From positions 30,692,001 to 30,756,000 of the forward strand of contig NC_045696.1 in NCBI RefSeq assembly GCF_009834535.1: a stretch of 64,000 bases of DNA. The letters are read 5' to 3'. This document shows, in pieces, positions 26,890 through 39,369 of the stretch; position 1 is the first letter of the stretch, and each line of letters starts with the position of its first letter. The translations under genes were made by a program, and so were the position numbers. The notes beneath the pieces are model-generated. The model saw only the letters and a program-made list of their open reading frames with translations. It was not told the origin of the DNA and ran no database searches. The stretch comes from Camelus ferus. Lineage: Eukaryota.

Positions 26890-28763
26890 ATTTTTAAATT
26901 TTACTTTATTTTTACATAATTTTAAAATTATACTCAATTTACAGTTATTATAAAATATTGACCCCATGTGATATAATATATCCTTGTGGCCTATTTTACA
27001 CTCAATAGTTTGTGTCTCCCATCCCCCCACCCCTTTATTACCCCCCAACTGGTAACTGCTAGTTTGTTCTCTATATCTGTACATCTGCTTCTTTTTTGTT
27101 GTATTCACTAGTCTGTTTTATTTTTTAGATTCCTCATATATGTGATATCATACAGTATTTTTCTTTGACTTATTTCACTTAGAATAATGCCTTCTAACTC
27201 CATCAATATTGTTGCAAATGGCAAAATTTTATTCTTTTTTTTAATAGCTGAGTAGTATTCGCTTGTGGAATGTATAGAATATATATATATATATAGTTCT
27301 TTATCCATTCTTCTACTGATGGATACTGTTGTAGCTTTGCAATTGTAAATAATGCGGCTATGAACACTGGGGTGCATGTATCTTTTCGAATTAGTGTTTT
27401 TGCTTTTTTTCAAATATATACCCAGGAGTGGAATTGCTGGTTCATATGACAGTTCTATTTGTAGTCTTCTAAGAGACTTCCATACTGTTTTCCACAGAGG
27501 CTTCAGCAATTTATATTCCCACTAACATTTTACGTAGGTTCCCTTTTCTTCACCTTCTCACCAGCATTTGTTATTTGTATTTTTTTTTTTTTTTGATGAT
27601 AGCCATTCTGACAGGCATAAGGTGATATGTCATTGTGGTCTTTGATTTACATTTCCCTGATGCTTAGCAATGTTGAGCATCTTTTCATATGCCTGTTGAC
27701 CATCTGCATTTCCTCTTTGAAAAAATTTGTCTTCAGTTTTTCTGCCCATAATTTAATACAGTTGTTTGCTTTTTTTATGTTGAGCTGTATGAGCTATTTA
27801 TATATAACTTATATGTTTATATATGTTATGTTGGATATTAATCCCTTATCAGTCATATCATTTGCAAGTATTTTCTCCCATTCAGTTAGTTGTCATTTTG
27901 TTTTTGTCTGTTATTTCTTTTACTGTTCAAAAGCTTTTAAGTTTAATTAAGTCTCATTTGTATATTTTTGCATTTATTTTCTAAAGGAGACAAATCAAAA
28001 AAATTTTACTGTGAATTATTTCAGAGAGTGTTCTGCCTATGTTTTCCTTTAGGAGTTTTATAGTATACAGTCTTACATTTAGTTCTTTAATCATTCTTGG
28101 GTTTATTTTTATATATAGTGTTAAAGAATGTTTTAATTTCAATCTTTTACATGTAGATGCCCAATTTTCCCAGCACCACTTATTGAAGAAACTGTCTATT
28201 CCCCATTGTACATTCTTGCCTCCTTTATAATACATTAATTGGCCATAAGTGCATGGATTTATTTCTGAGATCTCTATCCTGTCCACGGATCTATGAGTTT
28301 GCTTTTATCCCAGTACCATGCTGTTTTGATAAGTGTGGCTTTGCAGTATAGTCTGAAGCCAGAGACCATGATTCCTCTAGCTCTTTTCTTCTTTTTCAAA
28401 ATTGTTTTTGCTTTGCATTTCCATACAAATTTTTTAATTATTCTAGTTTTGTGAAAGATGCCATTGGTATATTGATAGGGATTATGTTGACTATGTAGAT
28501 TGCCTTCAGTAGTATGGTCATTTTAATAATATTTGTCCAATTCAAGAACATGGTATATTTTTTTCATCTCTTTATATTGTCTTCAATGTTTTCATCAGTG
28601 TTTTATAGTTTTCAAAGCACAAGTCTTTTGACTCCTCAGGTTGGTTTATTCCTAGGTATTTTATTCTTTTAGATGCCACGGTAAATGGGATTGTTTCCTT
28701 AATTTCTCTTTCTGATACTTCTTTGTTAGTGTATAGACATGCAATCAATTTCTGTGTCTTAAT
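26890..28763 (-). mobile_element. L1 3' (non-inverted) segment of a twin-primed insertion; decayed ORF2 C-terminal half plus 3'UTR
   Basis: ORFs 27108-27509 (PLWKTVW...EPAIPLLGIY) and 27981-28286 ([18 protein letters not shown]) are L1 ORF2; 3' end near 26890. Confidence 0.92.

Positions 28764-28765
<2 letters not shown>

Positions 28766-28795
<30 letters not shown>
28766..28795. repeat. (AT)15 microsatellite at the L1 inversion junction
   Basis: directly visible; tg(at)15ca at 28764-28797 is a perfect palindrome. Confidence 0.95.
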
Positions 28796-28798
<3 letters not shown>

Positions 28799-29300
28799 TC
28801 TATCCAAAAAAAGTAGAATACACATTCTTTTCAAGTGCATGTGGAACATTCTCCTAAATGAATTACATGCTAGGCCTCAAAGCAAGCCCAGGTAAATTTA
28901 AGAACACTGAAATAATATCAAGCATCTTTTCTAGCCACAACACTATAAGACTAGAAATCAACTACCAAAAAAAAAAAAAAACTGCAAAAAATACAAATAC
29001 GTGGAGGCTAAACAATATGCTAGTAAACAACAATGGGTCACTGAAGAAATTAAAGATGAAAAAAATAAAATCCTACAAATAAAAATGAAAACAAGATGAT
29101 CCATAACCTATGGGGCTCAACGAAAGCAGTTTTAAGTGGGAAGTTAATAGTGATATAAGCTTACCTCAGGAAACAAGAAAAATCTTAAGTAAATAATCTA
29201 ACTTTACACCTAAAGTGACTAGAAAAAGAGAAACAAACAAAGCCCAAAGTTAGTAGAATGAAAGAAATCACATAGATCACATTTATTAAAAATAAATGAA

Positions 29301-29472
29301 GGGGAAGGTATAGCTCAAGTAGTAGATCACATGCTTAGCATACACCAGGTCCTGGGTTCAATTCCCAGTACCTCCATTAAAAAAATGTAAATAAATAAAC
29401 CTAATTACCTCCCCCTGCCAAAACCAAAACAAGGCGAAACAAAAACAACTAAACTGAAAATAAAAAACTTAG
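29301..29472 (+). mobile_element. tRNA-derived SINE, Vic-1-like (camelid), inserted in L1 ORF2
   Basis: 'ggggaaggtatagctcaagtagtaga' (A box), 'ggttcaattcc' (B box), tail 'aaataaataaacctaattacctcccc', A-rich end; 13-bp TSD aaaaataaatgaa at 29288-29300 and 29473-29485. Confidence 0.85.
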
Positions 29473-31274
29473 AAAAATAAATGAAACAGAGAGTAAAACA
29501 GTAGAAAAGATCAATGAAACTAAAAGCTGGTTCTTTGAAAACATAAACCAAATTGATAAACCCTTGACCAGACTCATCAAGAAAAAAACAGAGAGGCCCC
29601 AAAGCAATAAAATTGGAAATGAAAAAGAAGTTACAATTGACACCACAGAAATACAAAGGATCAAAAGAGGCTACTATAAACTAATATATGACAATAAAAT
29701 AGACAACCTAGAAGAAATGAACAAACTCCTAAAAAGGTACAAACTTCCAAGGCTGAACCAGAAAGAGACAGAAAATATGAACAGACCAATTACCAGTAAT
29801 GAAATTGAATGAGTAATTAAAAACTCTCAACAGATAAAAGTCCAGAACCAGATGGCTTCATAGGTGAATTCTACTAAACATTTAGACAAAAGTTAACACC
29901 TATTCTGAAAGTACTCCAAAAAATTGCAGATGAAGGAACACTTCCAAACTCATTCTATGAGGCCAGCATTACCCTGATACCAAAACCAGAAAAGATATCA
30001 CAAAAAAAGAAAATTATAGGCCAATTTCACTGGTTAACATGGGCGTAAAAATCTTCAACAAAATACTAACAAACTATATCCAACAATACATTGAAAGGAT
30101 CTTAGTGCATGATCAAGTGGGATATATCCCAGGGATGCATGATTTTTCAATATCTGCAAATCAATCAATGTAATACACAACATTAAAAAATTGAAGAATA
30201 AAAAACATGATCATCTCAATAGATACAGAAAAAGGTTTTGACAAAATTCAACATGTATTTATGATAAAAACTGTCCAGAAAGTGGGCATAGAGGGTCCAT
30301 ACCCCAACATAATAAAACAATATATAATGAACCCACAGCTAACATCATACTTAATGGTGAATAGCTGAAAGCATTTACTCTAAGATCAGCAACAAGACAA
30401 GAATGCTGACCCTTGTTACTTTTATTCAGTATAGTTTTGGAAGTCCTAGCCACAGCAGTCGGAGAAGAAAAAGAAATAAAAGGAGTCCAAATTGGAAAAA
30501 AAGAAGTAAAACCGTCACTGTTTGCAGATAACATGGTACTATATATAGAAACTCTTAAAGACTCTACCAGAAAACTACTGGAGCTCATCAATGAATTTAG
30601 TAAAGTTGAAGGATCAATTCCTTATTATTTTTAATGTGGGGGAAAAATATATAAATACACATATACATTTAAATGTAAAAGTACTGTCAAATTTGCTACT
30701 ATATATCAAGAAGTTTGAAAAGCGTTTTACTTATGAAGGACATAAGTAAAACTAATTGGAACATAGAGCTCCGTATCTATGCATAAGTGCAATGTAGTTC
30801 TCCCTCTCACACAAGAAATGAGTAGATACAAAATAGACTTCCTGTATGTTCTTACTTTAGATATATTTTCATTCATGAGAGAATGACTTGATGAAACATG
30901 TAATCATATTTAGCTTTGAATAAATTCACTTTAATTCAGTTTGTAGTATTGGCAGTAGAATTCATGAAAGTATGATTTTATGAAATACTTCAGGGCAGAA
31001 ATTTTAAATAAACTGTTAAAACAAATATAATATCATAAAACTACATGCACACACACTAGAACAAAGTATCCTAAGAATTCTGCAGTAAATATATATTTTT
31101 TTTACTATTGGTACATTGAACATGATTTGGGAAGATTCACCTCACACAGAAACTCATAAAGTATCTATGTATTTACATACTCTGGAAGACAAAGTCTTTG
31201 CATATAACACAGGAATACACTGGATAAACTCTCATGGGCTTTATAATTTCTCAGCCCAGTGATTACACATTATA

Positions 31275-31610
31275 TTTTCTTATACAGTTTTACTGAGGTA
31301 TAATTGACAAATGAATATTGTATGTAAGTATGTTGTACAACTAGATGTTTGGATATACATATACAGCTTGAAATAATCTCTATAATCAAGCTAATTAAAA
31401 TATCCATAACTTTCCATAGTTACCATTTTTTATTTTGTGTGTGTGTGTGGTGATAATACTTAATTTAAGATCTATGTTTTTAGTTAGCAAATTTCAAGTA
31501 TACAATATAGCATTAACTATAGCTATATTAGATCTCCAGAACGTATTCCTCTTATATAACTGAAATTTTGAACCCTTGAGTAACATCTTCCCATCTTCCC
31601 CCTCCCTCAT
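31275..31610 (-). mobile_element. L1 3' end (L1MA-like)
   Basis: 'ttttactgaggtataattgacaaat...aatcaagctaattaa...gcaaatttcaagtatacaata...tagatctccagaac'. Confidence 0.7.
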
Positions 31611-32299
31611 TGTATATCATCAGTCAGGGCTAGTTACATGGCCTTGCATAATTGTGAGGGGCCAGGAAATAAAGGGTAATGAGAGGAATACTTGGTGTGC
31701 ATTACACTCCTGCCAAAATATTTACATGCGTACAAAAGTACATAAAGAAATAAAATATTAACAGTGATTAAATCTGTGTGATTGGAATGAAGATGGCTTT
31801 TATTTATTTTCTTATGCTTTTAAGTATTCTTAAACTTCCTTAACTAAGCCTATGTATAATAACAAAAATTCTATAATATGTTTTATTTTAATAATTAAGC
31901 AAAGCATAATTGGGTTTCCAAGTGAGCAAATCTGTTCCTCTAAGTGTTGAATCTAGGACAGACTTAAAAGTAGAAATATCTTTTCATAAAGTTTTGGATG
32001 TACATGGTTTCAGTATGATTTTGGACAAGGAAATTTCATGTTCAAAAGCATAAAAGTAGAAATTGGTTGAATGTTAAACAGTGTTAGGTCCACTTTGGCT
32101 TTTATAAAGAACTTACAGTGATTGGTAAAAGCAAAAGGTATAAAAATAGTTGAAATCAAGACTCCTAAATAATGTACCTAATTTGTGAACAAATAATGAA
32201 ATTGGTTTCGGTTTTGTTTGATATGCCACATAAGCACTTAGGATAAGAGGTCCAGTAGCTAAGTATTATTTACTTTAAAAAACATACATAAGGCTTTTT

Positions 32300-32510
32300 C
32301 TACTCAGGTGTGCTATGTTCTAATAATCAGATAACTAGTAAGTCATCTAATTCTCATAGCAACTCTGTAAGATAGGTACAATCTCATAGTACCTATATAT
32401 GATATAGAGAAGGATAAGTGCCAAAGATTATGTAGTTAGTATGGAGCAAAACTAGGATTTGAAATTAGGCAACCAAGTTCCAAAATATCTTAACCACTAC
32501 GCTGCTTAAT
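32300..32510 (-). mobile_element. MIR remnant
   Basis: 'ctcatagcaactctgtaagataggta...ggatttgaaattaggc...cttaaccactacgctg'. Confidence 0.5.
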
Positions 32511-33018
32511 TCCAGAGCCTGAAAAATGGGTCTGCAAAAGTATTATAGTATAGATGATAACTGACGTTTTTGAGTACATGAGCTTGCCAAAAGACAAGTA
32601 GCAACTAATATAAAGTGAAAATAGGATTGAATGTGTAAGTAGAGAGTATACTTATTTACAAAAATGGTGTTTATGTATTTTTTTCTCAAGGATAGAATAA
32701 ATGAACAAATGAGAGAATAAGCCCAAAGAAAGATTTTTAGGTAGAGACTAAAGATGCAATGCCAACTTCTGAGAGTGAATTTAGTAGAGGAAGGCTTTAT
32801 ACAAATTAGTTTTCTGTTCATGTGTAACAAATTATCATTTGTTCTCACTAGACACCAACCTTGTTTGTGCCTTGATCATGTACTTCAAGCATCCAGAACA
32901 GTGAGAAAATAAAGCACTACTGTTAAAGTCTCTGATATTTTGTTATGGCAATCTGATGGGACAAATACAGTTCCATTACTGAAAAGCAGGAAAATAGAAA
33001 AAAAGTGATAGTATAAAA

Positions 33019-33055
<37 letters not shown>

Positions 33056-34949
33056 CTGTAAAAGAAGAAATTTAGGGAGAAATTAAAAGGAAGATATGAC
33101 AATTACTTTAGAAAGCATTTAAAGCTCTTCAGTGACAGGTTAGGGAATTTGAAAATATTTAACAACTTTTGGTTATAAAATTCAGTGTATAGTTTCATCA
33201 GAAAATAGTTACAAGTTTATAAATTAGTTTTAATAACATTTTGTGAATTTTTAATGGTAACATAATCACAAATTCCTGAAATTTGACATCTTGCATCTCA
33301 GAATAATCAAGGAAAATGCAATTAAGGAAAATAATTGCTGCCTAAAGTTTATTTTTGGTACGTAGCAAATCCCACAGTGTCAATTGTACTGAGTCAGAAA
33401 TTATCAGAAAGGTGTTCTAAGATTGGAAAAAATGAATTTTACTAAGTATGTTTGCCTCTTGGAATCATGGCAAATCAGAGGCGCTGGGTGATCCAGAACA
33501 TCTGACTGACAAATATTTATTTATTCTGAAACAGCATTTTTGTAAGTGCTTGAATCTCAGTCCAGAATATTAGGAGTGAATGAGTTTGCCTTTATTTCTT
33601 ACAAATAAACCTATTGTAACGTTCACTTTGAGCTTCTTTCATGTAACCTTTATCAGAAATTCAGCCTCAAGCTGTGCAGCAAGCTTTCTTCCAAGTGCCC
33701 TAGACTTTGGCCTTGTTAAGTCAACAGGCTTCTCATCATTACCTGAGTTTATTTAATACGAGTGTCTCTTTGTTTTGAGCCATGCATGGGTCACAAGAAT
33801 CTTTTGTAGCTGATTCCAGCATTCCTGATACCAAGCAGGGTGATTCTGCCTGAGAGCAGGACTCAGAGTATCCACCTTTAGGACCCAAGGATTACTTGTC
33901 TGACTCCAAACCCAGGGAAATCTTTCTAATTTAAGGAAAATTTATCTTAAGCACACTCAGTCCCCATCTAATATATTAAATTCCTTTCTCCTTAAACTGT
34001 CCTTATTGGTGTGTGTAAGATTTTGAAAAGGAAAACTAGCTTGACTTTCTCCCCTACATGTCCTAAGAGGCAAGAAATGCAGAAGTTTTACTTTCTTAGG
34101 TCTATAGAAACTGAGTAGAGAACAAAAGGGAAAATAAGTAATCAATAAACATAATTTTATTACCAAATATAAATCATGGCTCAAAAGTTATTGTTTTTCT
34201 TATTAATATTAGTCATCCTTGCATTTTAATTCAAGGTTGAAAAAAATCTCTATTCATAATTTGTTCACAATTTCTGACATTATTGTGACATCTTATTGAT
34301 AGTGGTTGTGTGTTGGGGAAAAGTATGTAAAAATATTTTCCTTTGTACTTTAGTTTTTCAGTTTGTGAATTTTCTTACCTATGGTGACTTTAAGGTAAAA
34401 ATAATATTGAAAAAAATTATTACACATCAGACATTGAGCCATTGCATTTATAATTTTTGCTCTAAAGACTACTGATCATAATTAAATCTTAGATAAATCA
34501 TTTGATGTAATAACTACTTCTATCTAGAGAATATTTGGTGCTACAGTACTAAAGATTTACACTCAATTCTTTCAGATATAATTCCTTATCATGTGCTCAG
34601 CCTGGCTGAATCCAGTACTTTATGTTTTGTGGTGTCAAACCTGGCAGATAGATCAGTAGTCTATAGGCTCCTAAGCTAGTATTTCTGATTTTAATAAGTA
34701 ATAGATGATTTAAATTCTATATATACATATATTTCATCGTGTTTTGATTTTTTTTAGAAATATAGCATGGATGGGGGATTTGAATGAGAGGTATAAGATA
34801 TTTTGTCATTATTGCTTCAGTCAGAAACCCAACTGCTTAATATTTTTGATGTTTTAAATAAATGAATATGAAGTAAAAAATTGGGGGGCCCTCATCTTCC
34901 ATCTAAAAAGAATGCTAAAGGGGGGATGACTCATTTTTTTCATTTAGTT

Positions 34950-35960
34950 GCAATTTTTTTCTTGTGATGAGAACATTTAAGATCTACTCTCTTAAAACTT
35001 TGAAATATGAAATAGTATTATTAACTATAGTCACCATGCTGTACATTATATCCCCATGATTTATTTATTTTATAATTGGAAGTTTGTACCTTTTGATCGC
35101 TTTTTGCTCACCCCTCATCCTTGACTGTCACTTCTGGCAACCACCAATCTGTTCTCTATATTTATGGACATATTTGTTTTGTTTTTGTTTTTGTTTTCTT
35201 CTGGATTCCACATATAAATGTGATTATAAGGTATTTGTCTTTTTCTGTCTGATTTATTTCACTTAGCATAATTCTCTCAAGATCCATTTGTGTTGTCACG
35301 AATGGCAAGATTCATTATTTTTTATGGCTGAATAATATTCCACTGTTTGTATGTATGTACATATGTGACATATGTATACACACATCAGTGCACAGTTAGC
35401 TTGCTTTCCAGTGTTGGCTATTGTAAACAATGCTGCAGTTAACATGAGGGTGGATATATCAGTGTTTTTGCATTCTTTTGATAAATGCCCAGAAATGAAA
35501 TTGCTGGTTCGTATAATAGTTCTATTTATAATTTGGGGGGGAAACTCCACATTGTTTTCCATAGTGGCTACACCAAAGTGTATCAGGTTCCCTTTTCTCT
35601 ATATCCTCGCCAATACTTATTTCTTATTGTCTTGATAATAGCCATTCTAACAGGTGTAAGGTGCTATCTTGTTGTGGATTTGATTTGCATTTCCCAGATG
35701 ATTAATGATGTTGAGAATCTTTTCATGTACCTGCTAGCTATCTGTGTATGTATTCTTTGGGAAAATGTCTACTTAGATCCTCTGTCCATTTTTTATCAGA
35801 TTTTTTTTTTTTTTTTGCTATTGAGTTGTATAAGCTGCTTCTATATTTTTATATTTATCACTTATCATATATATGATTTGTAGATATTTTTTCCCATTTG
35901 GCCAATTGCCTTTTTACTTTGTTCATAGTTTTCTTTGCTATGCAGAAGCATTTTACTTGA
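34950..35960 (-). mobile_element. 5'-truncated L1 (L1MA-like): ORF2 C-terminus plus 3'UTR
   Basis: ORFs 35296-35562 (AALFTIA..VEYYSAIK) and 35858-36085 (KCFCIAKKTMNKVKRQ..WEKI). Confidence 0.85.
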
Positions 35961-38443
35961 CTCCTTATAGAAATTAGGAAAATATATGGTGATGTCAGGT
36001 CAACTCTGTCTTTTTCAATTATGTGATCCAAATTTCTCCAAAAAACATTTTGTGGTGAAGGACTTAAACTTAGGAGACTGGGCAATTTGAATTATCCTTT
36101 TTAAAAAAATGGGGGGGTTAATATGTTTACAAAGTTTCAAAAGGAAGTGAATAATGTCATAGATGTCACTATTTACTTAAACCATTGATTTATAAATCAA
36201 AAGAATGGGAAAAAAATGAAGAACCCTAGAGATATATCTCCAATCCTTGGTCTGTTGTTTTGAAAACTTTGTTCCATTACAATCAACATATCCAAATCAT
36301 TCTTTTATTAGCTGTCCCTCAATATGAATACTCATTTGTCTTTAAAACTGATTTCTCTGCTTTTATATTTGTCTTGACTCTCATTTTTCACAAATAAAAC
36401 TTCAAAAGGTCCAAATTTATCCTGTTTTTGTATGAAAGGGAGATCATTCAAACTTGTAAATGTGTATATTTTAAAAACTTTGGATTCTATAAAATGAAGC
36501 ATTAAGTTATTTTATGTTCTTTTGCTTACTTGTATATTTATTTGTGTATTAAATATGTAAAATACATATTTTACTTTTGTGTATTAAATATGTAAACTAC
36601 ATTCTCATACACTTTTAAAATCATGGTCAATTGAATGTTTATGTGAATTTCTTTCATAATTTAGTAAGCAAAATACAATACTGAAAAAGAAGAATGTTGC
36701 TAAAATATTTTAATATAAAGACATTTTTCAGTATGTATCTACACTTCTTTATGTTCCCTCAAATTGATTTCTGTCTGCATTTAGTCATGATCAAGTGTCT
36801 TTAGAATGTATTATTTATATCCAAGTTGGAAACATCACTAACAACGGGAAGTTTAAATAATTTGTACATTTAAATACCATGTTATAAGCAAGTAATGCTA
36901 TAACATACTTTAAATTACTATATAGTGTAACAAGCATGCAGAAGTTTTCCTAAAATAGATAAATAGCTTAATGAATTTTTTTATTAAAGTATAGTCAGTT
37001 ATAATATATCAATTTATGGGGTAAAACACAATGTCCCATTCATGCATATAAATACATATATTCATTTTCATATTCTTTTTCATTAAAGGTTATTATAAAA
37101 TATTGAATATAGTTCCCTGTGCTATATAGAAGAAATTTTTTAAAATCTGTTTTTATATATAGTGGCTGACATTTGCAAATCTCAAACTCCCAAATTTACC
37201 CCTTCTCACCCCTTTTCCCCTGGTAAACATAAAATTGTTAACTATGTCTGTGAGTCTGTTTCTGTTTTGTAGTTGGGTTCATTAGTGTCCTCTTTTGTTC
37301 TTTTTTTAGACTCCAAATATGAGTGATATATGATAGTTTCTCTTTCTCGCCTACTTCACTTAGAATGATGATATATAGGTCCATCCATGTTGCTGCAAAT
37401 GGCATTATTTTATTATTTTTTATGGCTGAAAAGTATTCCATTGTATAAATGTACCACAACTTCTTTATCTAGTCTTCAGTTGATAGACAGAACTTTGGGG
37501 TTCATGTACCTTTTCAAGTTGGATTTCCCTTTGGGTATATGCCCAGGAGTGGGATTGCTAGATTTTAGTTTTTTGAGGAATCTTCATACTGTTTTCCATA
37601 ATGGCTGCACCAAACTACATTTTTTTAACATTATTTTATTGAGTAATAGTCACTGTACAATGTTGTTTCAAATTCTAGTGTAGGGCACAGTTTTTCAGTT
37701 ATATATGAACATATATATATTCATTGTCATATTTTTTTTTCTGCTATGAGCTACCACAAGATCTTGTTTATATTTCCCTGTGCTATACAGTATAATCTTG
37801 TTTATCTACTCTGCATTTTAAAATCCCAGTCTGTCCCTTCCCACCCCTCACCCCCTTGGCAACCACAAGTTTGTATTCTATGTCTATGAGTCTGTTTCTG
37901 TTTTGTATTTATGTTTTGTTTTGTTTTTAGATTCCTCATATGAGTGATCTCATATGGTATTTTTCTTTCTCTTTCTGGCTTACTTCACTTAGAATGACAT
38001 TCTCCAGGAACATCCATGTTCCTGCAAATGGCGTTATGTTGTCCGTTTTTATGGCTGAATAGTATTCCATCGTATAAATATACCACCTCTTCTTTATTCA
38101 GTCATCTGTTGATGGACATTTAAGCTGTTTCCATGTCTTGGGTATTGTAAATAGTGCTGCTATGAACATTGGGGGAGAGTGCAGGTGTCATTTTGAAGTA
38201 GGGTTACTTCTGGATTTATGCCCAGTAGCGGGATTCCTGGGTCACATGGTAAGTCTATTCCTAGTCTTTTGAGGAGTCTCCATACTGTTTTCCACAATGG
38301 CTTTCCTTGCTTCCCTCTCCCACTCTTAATGATTTAGATGTCTTATTTTACAATTTTGTGTTTATTCTTTTTGTAATTCATGGCAGTTATCTCCTTTCTA
38401 GTTATGAGTTTCTCATTTTTGTAGCATCCTGCTTCTTTTCTAT

Positions 38444-39342
38444 TTAGAGTAGACCTGTCAATATTTCTTTTAGCATGGGTTTAGTGTTGCTAAACTCTTT
38501 CAGTTTTTGCTTGTCTGTGAAGTTCTTTATCTCTCCTTTGATTCTAAAGGATAGCCTTGCTGGATAGAGTATCCTAGGCTGCATCTTTTTTTCATTAAGG
38601 ACTTTGAATATAGCTTGCCACTCCCTTCTGGCCCGTAGTATTTGTGTAGAGAAATTAGCTGAGAGCCTTATGGGGGTTCCCTTGTAACTCACTCTTTGTT
38701 TTTCTCTTGCTGCCTGTAGGATCATTTATTTCTCTTTGACTCTGGCCATCTTGATTATAATATGTCTTGGTGTGGGTCTGTTTGGGTTCTTCCTGTTTGG
38801 GACCTTCTGAGCCTCCTGTACTTGGATATCTGATTCCTTTAGGTTTGGGAAGTTTTCAGTCACAATTTCTTCAAATACCTTTTCAATTCCCTTTGTTCTT
38901 TCTTCCCCTTCTGGAACCCCTATCATGCATAGATTGGCACACTTTAGATTATCCCATAGGTCCCTTAAATTGTTTTCATTGTTTTTTATTTGTTTTTCTC
39001 TCAGATGTTCTGATTGGGTGCTTTCTGTTGTCCTGTCTTCTGGGTCACTTACTCGTTCTTCTGCATTATCTAGCCTGCTTTGTACAGCCTTTAGGTCAGC
39101 TCTCATCTCAGCAAATGAGTTTACTAATTCTACTTGGTTCTTCTTTATAGCTTCTGTTTCATTTTTGACAGATTTTGTATCTCTAAACACTATTTCTTTT
39201 AGTTCCTTCAGTACTTTGATCACTCCTTTTTTCGAAATCTTGATCTAGTAGGCCATCAATGTCTATTTCCTTGATCATGCTTTCAGGGGATTTCTTGATC
39301 TTTTATTTGGTAGTGGTTCCTCTGCTTCTTCATATTGCTCAT
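38444..39342 (-). pseudogene. L1 ORF1 of the nested half-L1, nearly intact
   Basis: ORFs 38726-39223 and 38444-38725 are in one frame, separated by a single TAA where the host copy has GAA; motifs REKQ, ARREW, YPARLSF; small frameshifts near the ATG (39333/39342). Confidence 0.9.
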
Positions 39343-39369
39343 ATCTCTCTAGCACTGTGGCTTAAGAGT

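Larger units (their letters stand above)
28758..30614 (+). mobile_element. L1 5' inverted segment (ORF2 endonuclease end through RT)
   Basis: ORFs 28858-29082 (EIISSIFSSHN..WRLNNML), 29564-29812 ([15 protein letters not shown]) and 30413-30634 ([21 protein letters not shown]) are L1 ORF2 on the strand opposite the 3' segment. Confidence 0.92.

Noticed and set aside
29301..29375. tRNA gene
   Set aside because: It has an A-rich tail, SINE-specific 3' sequence and a TSD, so it is a SINE.
26845..30635. TSD for the inverted L1 (aattctattattatttt at ~26849 vs aattccttattattttt at ~30616)
   Set aside because: Low-complexity, imperfect and ~25 nt away from the apparent L1 3' end.
38295..38310. Half-L1 junction as a splice product (ORF2 has CAG/CCA at this point)
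   Set aside because: The homologous spacer in the host L1 (gcaagaaaatacaa) has no GT donor there and the acceptor lacks a pyrimidine tract. It cannot be fully excluded without the young parent consensus.
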